NCBI GenBank assembly: GCA_900088475.1
Contig: FLMG01002354.1
Location: 31,208 to 95,207, forward strand
Length of the DNA stretch: 64,000 nt
Direction of reading: 5' to 3'
Origin: Hyphochytrium catenoides
Taxonomy: Eukaryota; Protista; Hyphochytriomycota
The notes beneath the pieces were generated by a model, which did not search any database, was not told the DNA's origin, and saw only the letters and a program-made list of their open reading frames with translations. The position numbers and the translations under genes were made by a program. Below, piece after piece: positions 47,101 through 59,854 of the stretch (position 1 is its first letter; the number at the start of each line of letters is the position of its first letter).

Positions 47101-47568
47101 TTTGCTTTTTAGCCCTTCAGCAACCTCTCCCAGTGGTCAAGCTTGCTGCCGTTCTGTCCCTCTAAGTCTTTCTGTGCATCAAGAGTAGATATAGCGGTCA
47201 ACAAGTGATCTGGGACACGCTAACATTGTGGTGAATTTGTTTCTCGCCAGTTGCACCAGGTGATGGTAGCCATGAAGAGCAAAGAAGATGAAAATGCAGG
47301 CCTAAGGCATAGTCTGGAGCTTCTCCAGCTGGACCTCGAGGAGGCTAGAGCTTGTCTTGCCGATGCGAGTGTAACAGAGTCCCGTTCACAATCAGATGAC
47401 TCGAAGGTAGATCCCGCGGAACAATATCCTAAAAGGCAGGAACTGGACGGTACGGATGTGAGTGCCTGGGTGGCGGCACCAAGACGCTTGCGCTATGCAA
47501 AGCTGCTCGAGCTGGAAGGTTTACGAGAATCTGCGAGAGGCTCTAGTGCAAGCTCTGATGATGTGTAG
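44174..47568 (+). CDS. Multi-pass membrane protein: adenylyl-cyclase-like 6TM module, second TM block, Cys cluster and coiled-coil tail; about 7-8 exons
   Basis: Phase-consistent exons from ATG 44174 (intron 1 at 44411-44564). YTLHFSSEVLEQEW precedes and YASEKTARERWLLKQRLSKE follows about 6 hydrophobic helices. Later CFFC...C...C...C and heptad-rich LRVEVEEKEKLL...IEDLQAK. Confidence 0.75.
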
Positions 47569-47777
47569 TCAGCCGAGCGGGTATATCACTGTCGGCTAGA
47601 GTTTCGTTAACTTCCCATAGTTGTGGCGTAGCGTGCGGTACATGCAGATGCTTGCCAGCCAGACACTGTCACTAGCAGTGTCACAGCTAATAGTCTGAAA
47701 CCTTTTTGGTTCTCAATGCATGCAACTACGTGACAGGCAGAGTGCTTGGGATGAACATCACGATACGGGTTAAATAG

Positions 47778-50700
47778 TTAGTTGATGGAGTTTGCATCGC
47801 TGCTACCCAGACGATCCTGACTCAGCGAAGCAGCGTTCTGGACTTCATAGGCTAGACCAGTTAATCTGACGCGATTAGCTTTCTTGCCAAGAGCCGCGTA
47901 CACAGCCTAACCAGGAGTTTGAGCTCGAAGTTAGCGTTTTCAATGACATAGGACAGATAACGTGAAGGGAAGCACACCTTCTTGGATCCAACCAAAATCA
48001 GCTGTTCCCTAGCTCTTGTGAACCCTGTGTAGAGTAGGCTTCGATCCAGCATGAAGAAATGGTTCATGAAGAGAGGAATGACCACCACAGGGAATTCACA
48101 GCCCTGACTTTTATGAATGGTCAGGGCATAAGCAAGCCCTAACTCTGGCATTTGTGGCAGTGTATACTGCGCTTCTTTCCATCTACCTCCCGTCCCCTCT
48201 TCAAAGTGGACTCTCAAGGTTGGGCGACGACGCTTATCCACCGCGACAATGGTACCAATGTCTCCATTGTAGGTACCTCGATCATAATTGTTGACCTTTT
48301 GCATTACTCTGTCACCTAAAGAAGAGAACATGATTAGTGGCTCTGTCGATCATTTCAATAAAGATAGCAGAGACCATTCAGAATGAGGAGAGAACAGGCG
48401 TACACAAGGTAGGAATTGCCAGAGGATCTCACCCAAACAGTAGAAACTATCCCCCATCATAACAGCAGCTTTTTCCTTGAAGTTTGGGTTAAGTATTCGC
48501 TGCAGCAGGCTGTTTAGGGAAGCAGTACCCATGTGCCCCTTCGTTAGAGGGGACAAGACCTGCACGTCCACTGCTGGATCATAGCCTAGCTTTTGAATGA
48601 ATCCGAGAAGCCCTCTTTGCTCGTCGCTCCCTGCCCTCGGTTCACCAAAGAGTAACCTCTCAGCCTCCTCTGGGTCATGTGCTTCAAGCAAAAAGACGTT
48701 TCCATTTTCCGTACTGGATAACTCTTCAGGGTTGAAGGGATTAGGCAGAAGCTTCGGCTGGACTATAAAGCCCTCCGGACCTTCGACAACCTCTAGCCTC
48801 GTGTAGTGTTCGGGTGCTTTGCACTGATTTATGAGATGTGCGTTCATCACAATCTGGCTGTTCTCAGCCTGTCGCAGTATCTGCTGCAACCTTGTTGTGC
48901 TGAAGACTTGAGAAGCTATCAGGTCCCTCAACACAGCCCCAGGTCCGATGGACGGAAGTTGATCAACGTCTCCTACGAATACGACCTACGCAGCGGCAGG
49001 TTAACCATAGACCACTCAAAGAACGCAAGCTAGTAAAGAGCATAGACTTACCTGAGATCCTGCCTGAATAGCTTTCACGAGAGCCGAGGCCAGGTAAAGG
49101 TCAACCATGGACATCTTGAGTGCAGATTGTTAGTTCGCGTGTCCCGGATGTTCATACAAGAGATGGACCAAGAGACCGACAATGATAGCCTACCTCATCG
49201 ACTACGATGGCATCACCATCAAGCATCTTCCACCCACCGAGACTATTCGAGTAAACTCTGCCAAATCCCAGGGCCCTATGAATTGTGGACGCGTATATAT
49301 ACTCTCCAGACGACCCATTCTGCTGGTAGTCTAAGAAAGGCTTACTTGTGAGTCGCGACGGCATGATATACGCTTCTGGTATTACCGACCTTTGCCACTG
49401 TTCACAACCTGTTCCAGCTTCTTTGCCGCCCGCGCTGTGGGGCAAATAAGCACTACTCTTTTGCCTAGCCTTCTCCAAATCTCAACTATCGTTTTCACTG
49501 TGAACGTCTTTCCCACTCCAGGTCCCCCTGGTAGGAGACGGAGTCAGCTCGAAGCAGAAAAGTACGCGTTCTGGAGCCTGCATGTTTACGGACCTGTTAT
49601 GATAGATACCCCATTGGTTAACGATGCCGTAACGGCATGCTTCTGGTCCTCTGTGAGGCCATTCTGACTGGTTAGGAGACGTAACTCCTGGGTATATAGA
49701 GAAAGTGCATATTAGGTCATTTCTCCTTTTGACCGAGAGGCAGCAAGACCGTTGTTATCAAACCTGCTCGACCGAGGCTCCTTCAGCACTCAAGACCTGA
49801 GACTTATATAGCTTGTCGAGTTTTAACAATGCCGTGGCGATGCCCTTCTCCATGTTGGCTATATGTGCTGTGGCTAGTAAGGTTATTCCTTCCCCCGAGT
49901 TTTCTTTCAAGGACGGGCTACTGACTATCAGGCCCTCCTCCACCATCTCTGCCATCTGGGTGGAAATGACCTTTTCTAGGCTCTCAGAGCCTTCCAAAGA
50001 CTTGTGGAAGCATTAGCTTCTACGCGCTGGGAAAGAACAGACTTCTCAGCCGTACCTCAACTCCCAACAGCACCTTACACTTGGCAACTACTTCGCCTTC
50101 CGGCATCCTGGTGTCACCCGAATCTAGTAGCCCTTCCCGCAGTGCATAAGTTATTGCTGCCTGGACCTAAGGAAATTGATCATGTGATAGGGATAAAGGT
50201 CAGCTAAAGAAGAGGCAGGCTCTGGATATTAGACCAGTATGCCCACGAGCAGAGACCGACAACAACCCAGGAGGCCGGATGGGAGAGTTTTCAATCAGAA
50301 GATGCCCATATTCTTCGTTCTCTAACTCGAAGGCATGCAGTGGACTTGTAACCAGAAGGCTACGCTGTTACCCGCAATTCGGGGCTCCACTCAGCTTCCA
50401 ACTCCGCCGCTAGCCGGTCCACGGTTTGAAAGGTGACACCGTCAAATTCCTGGATCAGCCTGTAAGGGTTTGCCAGTATTAGCCCTGGAGCTCGATCTCC
50501 ATACTCCGCCAGAATGTTCTGGATAATGGTGTTTGATAACCCCAACGACTGCATGAGCATGACAATCTCTCTCGAAGGCGCCTGAAGATCAACCAAGAAG
50601 TTCACTTTCGGTCCTGCCTCTTCGAAAGTCTTTCTATTAGGCCATGCCTACCAGTTCCTTCCATTGAGATACAAAGCGTGAGAGTGTTTCCTTTCCAATG

Positions 50701-51446
50701 CCCTGGACTTTGAGGAGCTCCTTTGGATCTCCTTCCAAAGTCTCATACACTCTATCTCCAAATCTGTCCACTATCCGCCGGGCCAACACGGGGCCAACGC
50801 CTTTAATTACGCTATTTTGTTGCCAAAGAAGGAACGGAGAAGAGTTGTTGGTGCGACAGCTCAACCGCAATGGCTACATTCTAACAGAAGTGAAGCCGCC
50901 GGGCAGGACACGTACGCTGTGATATACTGTGCAACGGCCGCAGAAGATGGGGTGGAGCCGAACAGCCTACGACTCTTGAGGTGGAATTGTTCACCGAAAG
51001 TCGGGGAGTTCCTGCTATAACCCCAGACTTCAAGGTCCTCCCCTTCCTTCGCTGCAGCTAGTAGCCCTTAGAGCCAGGAAGCGTAACTATGAGGCGTGTA
51101 AGTGATATTTCAAGAGAGGAGCTCATACCATCCACGGCAACAACTCGAATCTGCTTTCCCACAGAATGCGTCACGTCAGTGGTACTCAAGACAGTGGCTG
51201 AAGCTACCGTGAAGCTGCCTTCGTCCTTTCGAACAAGAATCTATCATAGTCAGGTTATAGTTAAGCCGTGTTTCTAGAGGCAGCACCAATGTCTGCGGAG
51301 CCTCTTACTGTGTCAATTCGGGCAGTAAGTCCGATGGTCTCGGACTTTGAAGATCCCGTAGTGTCATTCATCCAGCGACATAGAATCGCTCTTATGTTCG
51401 GCGGGCGCTGCCGCTTCAGTGTTCTTCTGACGCCGATAAGCAACAT
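47778..51446 (-). CDS. recD2: RecD2-type ATP-dependent SF1B DNA helicase with N-terminal organelle-targeting-like peptide; at least 12 exons
   Basis: Hh[18 protein letters not shown]...[15 protein letters not shown]...GVTF.TVD, Walker A ITG|GPGVGKT, PTARAAK, STIHRAL, Walker B VVDE|[55 protein letters not shown]...[31 protein letters not shown], terminal RLTGL. Confidence 0.95.
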
Positions 51447-52130
51447 CTGGATAGAGGCTATCGAATGGAGTAAGACTAGCCCCAACTTCCAAATCCCTTC
51501 ATGCGATTGTGACGATCACTCTCAGCTCATTACCCCTTCCAGCAGACAAGAGCTAACGGCTCTCACGGGCACGCTACCAGTGACATTCCACACGATGCCA
51601 CTCCACACGATGCCTAGCGCCTAAGAGTCAAAGAGCTGCAAAATGGAGATCCTCTCTCATCCCAATGTCCTGACAAGTGGTAGAACTCGAGTTTGAACTG
51701 AGCAGACACAGCCTCGCCAAGATTAAGATTGGGAAGCGAGGCTGCTATGAGGAGGAAGATTCTGACTAGCCTCTAACGACTATCTGGGCATTCTGATGGG
51801 GCATTGGTGTTGGATGGCGGGAGACAGAGATTGTGACAGAGCGATGGCGATGCTGAGTCTTCAGAAAGACAGAGGCGCTGTGCCAGTGTGAGGCCTGTGA
51901 TCGCGTCGTTTCAGGCATCAGGAGATGCCGCTGGAGTCTCTGAACCCAGCTTTGGCCGTCATTCTTGCCTGTAAGCGCGCTGACAAGACGAAACTGGGGC
52001 CGGAAGAGCAGCAGAAGGGACCACCCGACTCTGAATCTTCATGAAACACTTAATGCTAGGATGAGTGCCCTTTGGATGTAAGGAGCTTGCGGCTGATATC
52101 CTTTAAAGGACTAGCGGTGAACTGTGAACT

Positions 52131-55100
52131 ATGGCGGGAAAATTTGAGATAGTCTCTCTCGTGAGCAGCGGCAACTTGCGGCTACTAGAAGGGTTTCGTA
52201 CAGAACAGGTGCTCGAAGTGCTATCACAGCGAGTGCAGGAGGCGGAAGTGCAGCAAGAAGGGACAACAAGGGCTGTTTCCATCGGCCGGCTTTCAATTCT
52301 GCCAGGAGTCTCTGATGTTAAAGTGTACAAGGGCATCCTGAGATGGATAACTGGACTCCTTGTATCTTCAACGGAGGCAAGTGATGGCCGACGAGGGAAG
52401 GAGACTGAGGCAGGCGGCAAGCGGAAGAGAGAGGATGAGGGGAAATCACCCAAGAAACGCCGAAGACCTAGGCAGGGGACATCTGAAGAAGAAGAAGGGC
52501 AGAACAAGCACGACCCAGTAAGCAGATCTATCCTGAGAGAGAAAGGGCTGTGGAGACTGTTTCAGACCGTCATCACAAGGTTGTATGAAAGTGCGGATGC
52601 AAGGGTCGCTGAGAATGAAAGTGAGAAACGCTTGACAGTGCTTGCAAGTGGAGAAGGCGTAATCCAGACCTCTGTCGGGTCCTCCATCCTCTCCGCCATT
52701 ACTGAGGCTTTGAAGAGTCAGGATGAAGAGATCAGACTCTATGGTCTAAACCTTTTTCGGTCCCTCTTCGGCGGTTCATTGTTGGAGCTCACGCCACGCG
52801 AGCACTCCAAGGAACCAATGAAGGCGAAGACAGGAGTCCGAAGATATCACTTTGTGCCCCAATGTACTATCTACAGGCCTACCCTGGACATTATGCATGC
52901 TTTCGCTCAATCTCTTCTGTCTGCTTACCTTTTATCTCCTTCGACTCTTCAACCAAGCCCCCTGGAACTGACAGTTCTCCACAATGTGCTCAGCGTGTAT
53001 CTGGTCTTACAGAGAGATCAAACAAACGATAAGAAACAATTCGCGGCAGTCTCTCAGCTCCTTCTGCCTTTCGCTTGTCTTCGTCGGTGGCTCATCAGCG
53101 GTACTGCAACTTGGAGTAGCGGTGATGGGGAGCAATCGACCCACGGCGCAATGGAATCCTTAGAAGGCTTGGGATTCAATTATGCTCCTGGCCTAGTGCG
53201 GGATATATTGGGACTGTTGGATAGTATCACGTACGAAGGGCTCTTCTCTGACAAAGTGATACAGGGCTTTCAGGCCACTTACAAGAGGTACGAGAGCTCC
53301 ATACGCTTTCTAAACCAACCTGAGGATGGTCCGGGGCAGGAGGATGAACCCCAGGAACACGATGATGGGGCTGATGAAGGAAAGGAGAAGCAGGGGACCA
53401 AAGAAAACAAGCGAGGCATCAGGAAGAGCTTCACGAAATCCTTTCAAGCGGGATTTTTTGATTTCATCCAAGAGCAAGTTTCCTCTCTTAGCTTGCATTC
53501 CCCGCCACCTGATAGCTCTAAAAGCAACTTAGAGATGAGAGGACAGGTGGAGTCCCAAGTATTCAGACTCGACTCCTTCCTATGGTATCTCCCTCAGCTG
53601 GTTGAAGGCTTCTCTCGCTCTTATAAGAAGGGTCTCGATCGCCAGGCTGGAGTGGACTCCTACTTGGGTCTAAAGCAGGATAGATACAAGCAGAACGTCA
53701 TTGGTCAAGACTATATGTTCACATTTGAGCTATGTTCTCTCCTCAATGAGGAGCTTCGAAGGGTAAGCATACAGCTCTCTAGGTTGAAAACGCTACCTAA
53801 CGCTGAAGCAGCAAAGCAAGCTGAGGTTCTTGTGGATCTCTGCAAGAGCTACTTGAAGGGTATTGATGCTTTGGTGGCTGCACTTGGCCACTACTCTATC
53901 TACCACCCTGCCAAGGATAACACTGCTGGCCATCAGATTCACTCTTTTACCGGCCTCGCAGCAGACCTCATTCAGGAAACAAGTACCAGACAAAGGAGCG
54001 TACTTGTGCTCTCATCACCCTCCTCGACAGGACAGTGTTTATTCACTGAGGAGCTGTCGCTTCTTAAGAGTCTCGTCGGGATAGACCATCGGGTCCTGGA
54101 GTCTAACCAATCGCTTACAACAGTGTTTAAGATACTAGGCAAGGCGGAGATGGAGATAGGCTCTGACCCTACTTCGTCTGCCTTGGAATTCCTAGTATTC
54201 CTGGTGAAAACGTACTCCGATCTCCGTCAACTAGATTTCTTCCTCTCTACACTACTGGGAACCATAGAAGACGAAAATATTGACTTTTTACATAGATTAG
54301 TGAGCTCCACCAACTTCGAGAAGGAATTGACGAGGTCCTTCTTCCATTGCCCGCCAGGTAAGCTTCTAAGATGACGTATAATATCCTGCCAGATTCGGGC
54401 TGTGTGTACCTTTTTTAACACATATACTTTGTGTGCTTCTTTTCACTTGCATATGCATCCAACTCCTGGTGTTGCTGATATGGCTCCCAGGCGAATGATA
54501 TCTAAAATGCGTATGGGTCTTAGGACAATACAAGGCGCTTTGGGAGCTAATTGTGGCATCCTTGAGCAAAGCTCTATCGGGAATCGAAGCCGAGCAGCAT
54601 GGCGTAGAGGGTAGCGTCCGCTCTCTCTCCCTTCCAAGTGCCATCTTTGGTTGCTTTGTGTCTGGTCTATCCCTGCCACGTAGTCTCGCCCACTCCTTTC
54701 AAAAGCTTTCATCCGCTTTCCGAGCGGAGAAGTTGCAACCAATTCTAAACGCTATCGTGTTGTCTGAGGTATGCTCCTGGCGATGTATCGCTTCTCCCTC
54801 TAATATGAGATCCGTGCCATCTGATTGTGTTTTGCAGCCATCCTTCCGTGAAGCTCTGCCAGTCTGCTATTCTAGCTTGATGAAATGACGACTTTCTTTT
54901 GGATTTACAAGCTGTGATCCTATCCCTATTCCTTATCCAGCTGCTCCTTTTGACTAGAAAAACCTCCTCGCTATTCATTCTCCAGCTGCCTAAGAAGAAA
55001 AGGGCTCGAAAGGCGAAACTTGCCCTGGTAGGAGAGCTGTTCAAGTTGGTTTTTTGGCTTCAGGAGCTACTGTTCAAGGCCTCTTTGACCCCTGTTGGGG

Positions 55101-58100
55101 CCAGGTTTATAGCAGGGGATGGAGTGTGCGATGTTGAAGTTACAGGCAGTGACCTTAGGCAAGACCCGATAGAGGAAGACTCACGACAAAGGGAAGGAGT
55201 CACTCTTTGGCGATTTGTGGAGGAGAAGTTCCCTCAGCTACTTGACGGTACTCTTGAAAACGAGGATACTGGACTTGTCAGGGTTCTCTCCGACTTATCG
55301 ATACAGAGACTGAGAGCAATCCGGGCGGAGAAGGCTAAAAACTTGGCCAACATCCGTAAAAACGACTCGCTGGTAGCTGAAGGAAGGGCCCTCACGATCT
55401 TCGTTCTTGGGTGTGTCTGGCCTCGTAGCTCGCTCCAGTCTAATGGTTCTAGAGGCAAAAATGGGGAAAGCGGGGCCCTTGCGAATGGACAGGATCGCAA
55501 GCAAGGGTCATGTCTCCAGGAACTGGAAAATCTGGAAGTTTTGGCAGATTTCATGGAACTGGAAGATGGTGTTAAAGTTTGGCTATGGCTGACCAACACA
55601 GTCAAAGGTAAGCAAAAAGTGTTTTGGCAGCTCTTGAGACTATGTGTTCTTGAACCTATCTGATAATCTCAATCTACCGCTATGCTTCGGTCCAAGTCAC
55701 GTCTACTCCTAAATATTCAATCAACGTCCGGAATATAGAGGCAACTAAGTCGCTTATCACTGCTTGACTTGTCCAAGCAGTACACACTCTAGTAACCACG
55801 AAGATAGCAATGCCGCAGTATCGAGTCCTTCTAGAGTCTTCTTTCTACGAGATCAGGATCATGAGGGACTCTCTTACTCCATTTCTGGAAAAGGAGCTTC
55901 CCTCACTGCAAGGGAAGGCTTTTGCGATTGAAACAGCAGATAAAGCGAAAGGGAGACACGGCGATCACCCAATCGTTTATAGTAAGCCCCTCTTTATGCT
56001 CCGTCTTTACCATGTGTTTGTGGGGACTGTAAGACTTCCCATTTCAAAGTGACCACTCTTCCCCGTCGCCGGCATGATGTGTCCCTGCTAACCACATGTC
56101 TATGAATCTTGCGTACGCCACTTTGTCTCTTTCAGGTGCCCTTGATAAAGAAGGAAAGCTTTTATTCAGCAAGGACTCAGCAGGTCTCCGTGTCATTATA
56201 AGAGAACGTGAAGGTTTGGAGAGTAAGTAGCTTGCGATCGTACTTCTAATGAGCCTCTATATACATACTTCATTCCAGTCGTTCCTCTTCGTAACCTGAC
56301 CTTTAGAATACAGCTCCTGCATTTGTTTCTTTGGCTTCATCACTCTCTTTCCCACCATTTTTCCTATGTGTCCCCAACGCCTCTCTCTCAATGTAACGGA
56401 GATCCAACCGCTGCCTTTACTATCTCAGGGCTTTGTTCCGTTCTGGAGTTAGTGTGCGCCCTGCCTTTAGGCTTTTTATCTCAAGGTCAAGTCCACCATC
56501 TGGCGCCGTTAATTTATAAGCTCGAAGCGCTTTTCGCCAAAGCACTTCTCACAGCTTTGGAGAACAATGCTTCTCACTCCTCCGCAGAGCTCCATGTTCT
56601 GTTAGAGGGTTGGAAATTGGCCCGGCTTCTCCTGTGCCTGCTAAGAGAAGAGATGAAGGAAGCGCGTCCTGGTCCGTTGGACAATTCCGGTCTGTTGACT
56701 ATGATCCATAACACTATAGAGATCATGACAAGATTGAAAGGAAAAGCAGGTAGGAAAATCTAGTCCGTCGCTGGGTGTAATCTCATGCACTTCAGTTGGT
56801 CCAGAATGTCACTCTTTTTCCTTCTAGTCATCTTCGCCTGCTTTATCGCTTTTTCTGGCAGGATAACAAGTCGGTGTTGACCTCTCTCTATGAGCGTATT
56901 ACAATCTGTGTCCATTGTTTTTTTTCTACATATCTACCACTTATTCAGACTGCCGATGCCATATTTGACGAGGGGTGGTTGAACATGTGCCACCTTCACT
57001 TACGATTGAAGTGTTATCTGCGTTTTGCTTCACGCCCCTAACGGGCCTCATCCTCTTCAATGATCCATTTATCATCTACTCTTGGTCACTATTGTTTGTT
57101 CCCGTCACTATAACAGCAGATGCCAAAGACGTTGCAGATGGCCATAAGGAGACGCTACTGGCTCTTTCTGTGCGTCTGTTCAGCTCTCTACTGGTTTCTG
57201 AGAAGCCTTCTGATGGAGAAGGGTCAAGTGTTGCTGAATCGTCCGCAATAGCCACATCTGACCTATGGCAACGCTTCTTTCTTGAGATCAGCGCTTTGCC
57301 ATTGGAGGGCGGTAGAAGAGAACTGGGGCACCTGATGCTCGCAGACATTCTCGCTGTTTTCTGTCGGAGCGGCTGGGAGGTAGGTAGTCCAGTACTTAAT
57401 CAACTNNNNNNNNNNNNNNNNNNNNNNNNNNNNNNNNNNNAATTTTGCCATTGCTGCGGCGAAGCACAACCTTTCCTCGCTGCCCTCTGCCCCTTCGCTA
57501 TCTCTAGAATTTGGAGAGAGGGCTATGCTTGAGTATCAGCTTAGAGTTTTGGAGCTTGCAGCGCTTGGGGAGGATACTCACACGTACAAGGAAGACAAGA
57601 ATCTCTCCAAGAATGGCCTTCATTATCTTCGATCTCTCCTCTCTGAGCTTCAAACTATCTCTTCCAATTTATTAGGGTTTTCAGACACCGCTGGAGACAC
57701 CTGCGGCTGGAGAAGGCCCAGAAAGACACTTTCTCACCTATTTATTACCCTTGCCAAGCTCACCTTCCTTGCTGTTTCCTCTGAGAACTCTCCTTTGGCG
57801 GCACTTGGGGAGCTTGAGGTGTATAGATCATTGTGGAGGTCAATGTATGAATGCCTTGTGACCATCTTGCACGAGGAGAGAGAGACCGGCTCTCTTGAGA
57901 CAGAGCTATTGGAGAGTCTGGTTACCTCCTGTACTGTTCTTCTGAGGTTCGGTACGAAAGCGCACTTGGAATTTGTCACGAATATGGCTCTGTATGGGTG
58001 TGAAATAAGGGAAGGATGCAAAGAGGAGATAGCCCGTACGATACCAACCTCGGTGGACGCTTCTCTGGGTCAACTGCAACTGTTGGATATTTTGGGAGCA

Positions 58101-59156
58101 CATATGGTTGCGGTGGACTCAGGAGGCGGTGGCGGAGATAAGGCAAAGGCTTTGCAGGGTTGCGCTGGAGTTCTGATCAGAAGGCTTGGAACGACTATCC
58201 AGCGCCTTCTTTCTTTGGTGTTGGTGCAGGACTCTTCAGGTCCATCAACAGTACAGCTATGTCGAGTTCTGGAAAGTGCCTATCGATCACACGGCTCCAT
58301 TCTACGCCTTTCTTCTCAAAAAGTCAGGCATAGCGATGTTATTTCCAGCTTTGAGGCGTGTCAGCCCCTGGTGGCACTTTCCGCCAGATGTTCAAAGCAA
58401 CAGGTAGAGAGTCTCTCTTCTGTTCCTTTTGCTTACTGGCATTGGCTCCTGTTTTCTGAACGTGGTACTGTCCTCGTTAGTACTTCTCTGTGATATAACG
58501 ACTCATTTGACTCTTGGGTTCTCAGTCTATCTTATTCCACTTTGCTGACAAGTTGTCGCTTCGCCTAATTACTTGTGCTTCTCCTGCAGGCCTCAGGTTG
58601 GCCGCCTATAGAGCTTGTCAGCGTTTCGTTTTTTGGCGCTTTCCAGGTGCTTCATGCTCTTCAAAAGAGTGCACCTACTTCCCTTTCGTCCTTGGTGCCG
58701 CAATTTATGGCAATAGCCAGGGCGATGCTACAATTAATACTCTGCTTTTCTGACCGACCTGCCGCCGCTACGGAGAGGAGAAAGAGGAAAGATGAGAGGA
58801 AGTCGGAGGTAGACAACGTACCTCAAGATGAACTCGAAAGAAAAGCCTCCACTGTCGCTTCCTGGGCCTCTTACCTTAGCCGACTTTTGGAGGCCACCAG
58901 GCCTCAAGCCATGGTCTTCCGGAAGTATGTGACATTTTTCCTGGCAGAGTATATTCAGGGGGTAGGGAATCTGAAAGTTGGCTTTTCCCAAAGAGTGAGA
59001 CGAGAGCTATTACCAGGCATATTCTCTCTCTTCGACATATGCAAGAAGCCTGAACTCCAGCAACTGCATTCCGTCGTAGACAGCAGCGGAAAAATTCTTT
59101 TGAAGGACTTATTGAAGGAGTATGATGAGTCGCACAAGTATGGAGGCAAGGTGTGA
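52131..59156 (+). CDS. URB2: Nucleolar pre-ribosomal-associated protein 2 (Urb2/Npa2), multi-exon, contains an assembly gap
   Basis: Long helical protein. LVKTYSDLRQLD in the mid-region. C-terminal Urb2 domain SRLLE...KYV.FFLAEYI...LLPGIFSLFDIC...LQQL...GK.LLKDL..EY...HKYGGKV*. Confidence 0.88.
57406..57440. other. Assembly gap (N run)
   Basis: 35 N. Confidence 1.
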
Positions 59157-59854
59157 GGCTGGTTTGCAGCTCTTATGGCCTTCGCTCCTCGTTCCACCAT
59201 CAAGACAATTCCCTACCAGGAGGCCTGAGTGACCCTTGCGCACAGAGTTTTCTTGGACGGGCGGATGTAGTAGAGATTATGGAGACACTAAGCCAGTAGT
59301 GAGTTAGGGAATATTTATTTTAACAATACGAGCTGGGCTCATTGTATTCGTTTCCCCCGTTAGGAGGAGTAGCGTACTGAGCCACTGCGGTTGGTACTCT
59401 ATCAAGGGTTACGAGGTCAAGTGGGTTTGCTACGAGTCTGTTTATCCCCAGGCTGTTATTCCAACGGCCATCGTATAGCTGGCCAACTACTTGGCAGCCA
59501 GATGAGGGATCAGCGGCTGCTTAAGCGTTAGAACCCTTCAGGGGTCCATTCGGCAACAGACGTGGAAGCGTGTCGTGGTAGCAGAAGTAATGACCTCCAG
59601 ACACAATCAGTTCCCGGCGTGGACAAAGAGGGCAAAAGAGTTGCCACCGCATATTTGAGAGTACCAGGCGCACGGACAAAGAGCACTGCTTCCCATAAAT
59701 CTACGTTCTCGTTCAGCAGGTGTTCCTCTTGCATTTACTACGGTCGCCAGGGTTATGTCCATCCGCCTACAGTCTCGGGTCGCCCGTTCTCCCAGTTAAT
59801 GACGTCCCTTCTCAGTCGAACTTTGCTGTTGTTCGTCTCGCTCCGGTTGGCGTG

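Noticed and set aside
47778-51446. RecD2 as bacterial contamination, or as a Helitron/Pif1 transposon helicase
   Set aside because: It has many spliceosomal introns and lies among eukaryotic genes. No Rep/HUH domain or Helitron ends are seen, and the HhH N-terminus is RecD2-like.
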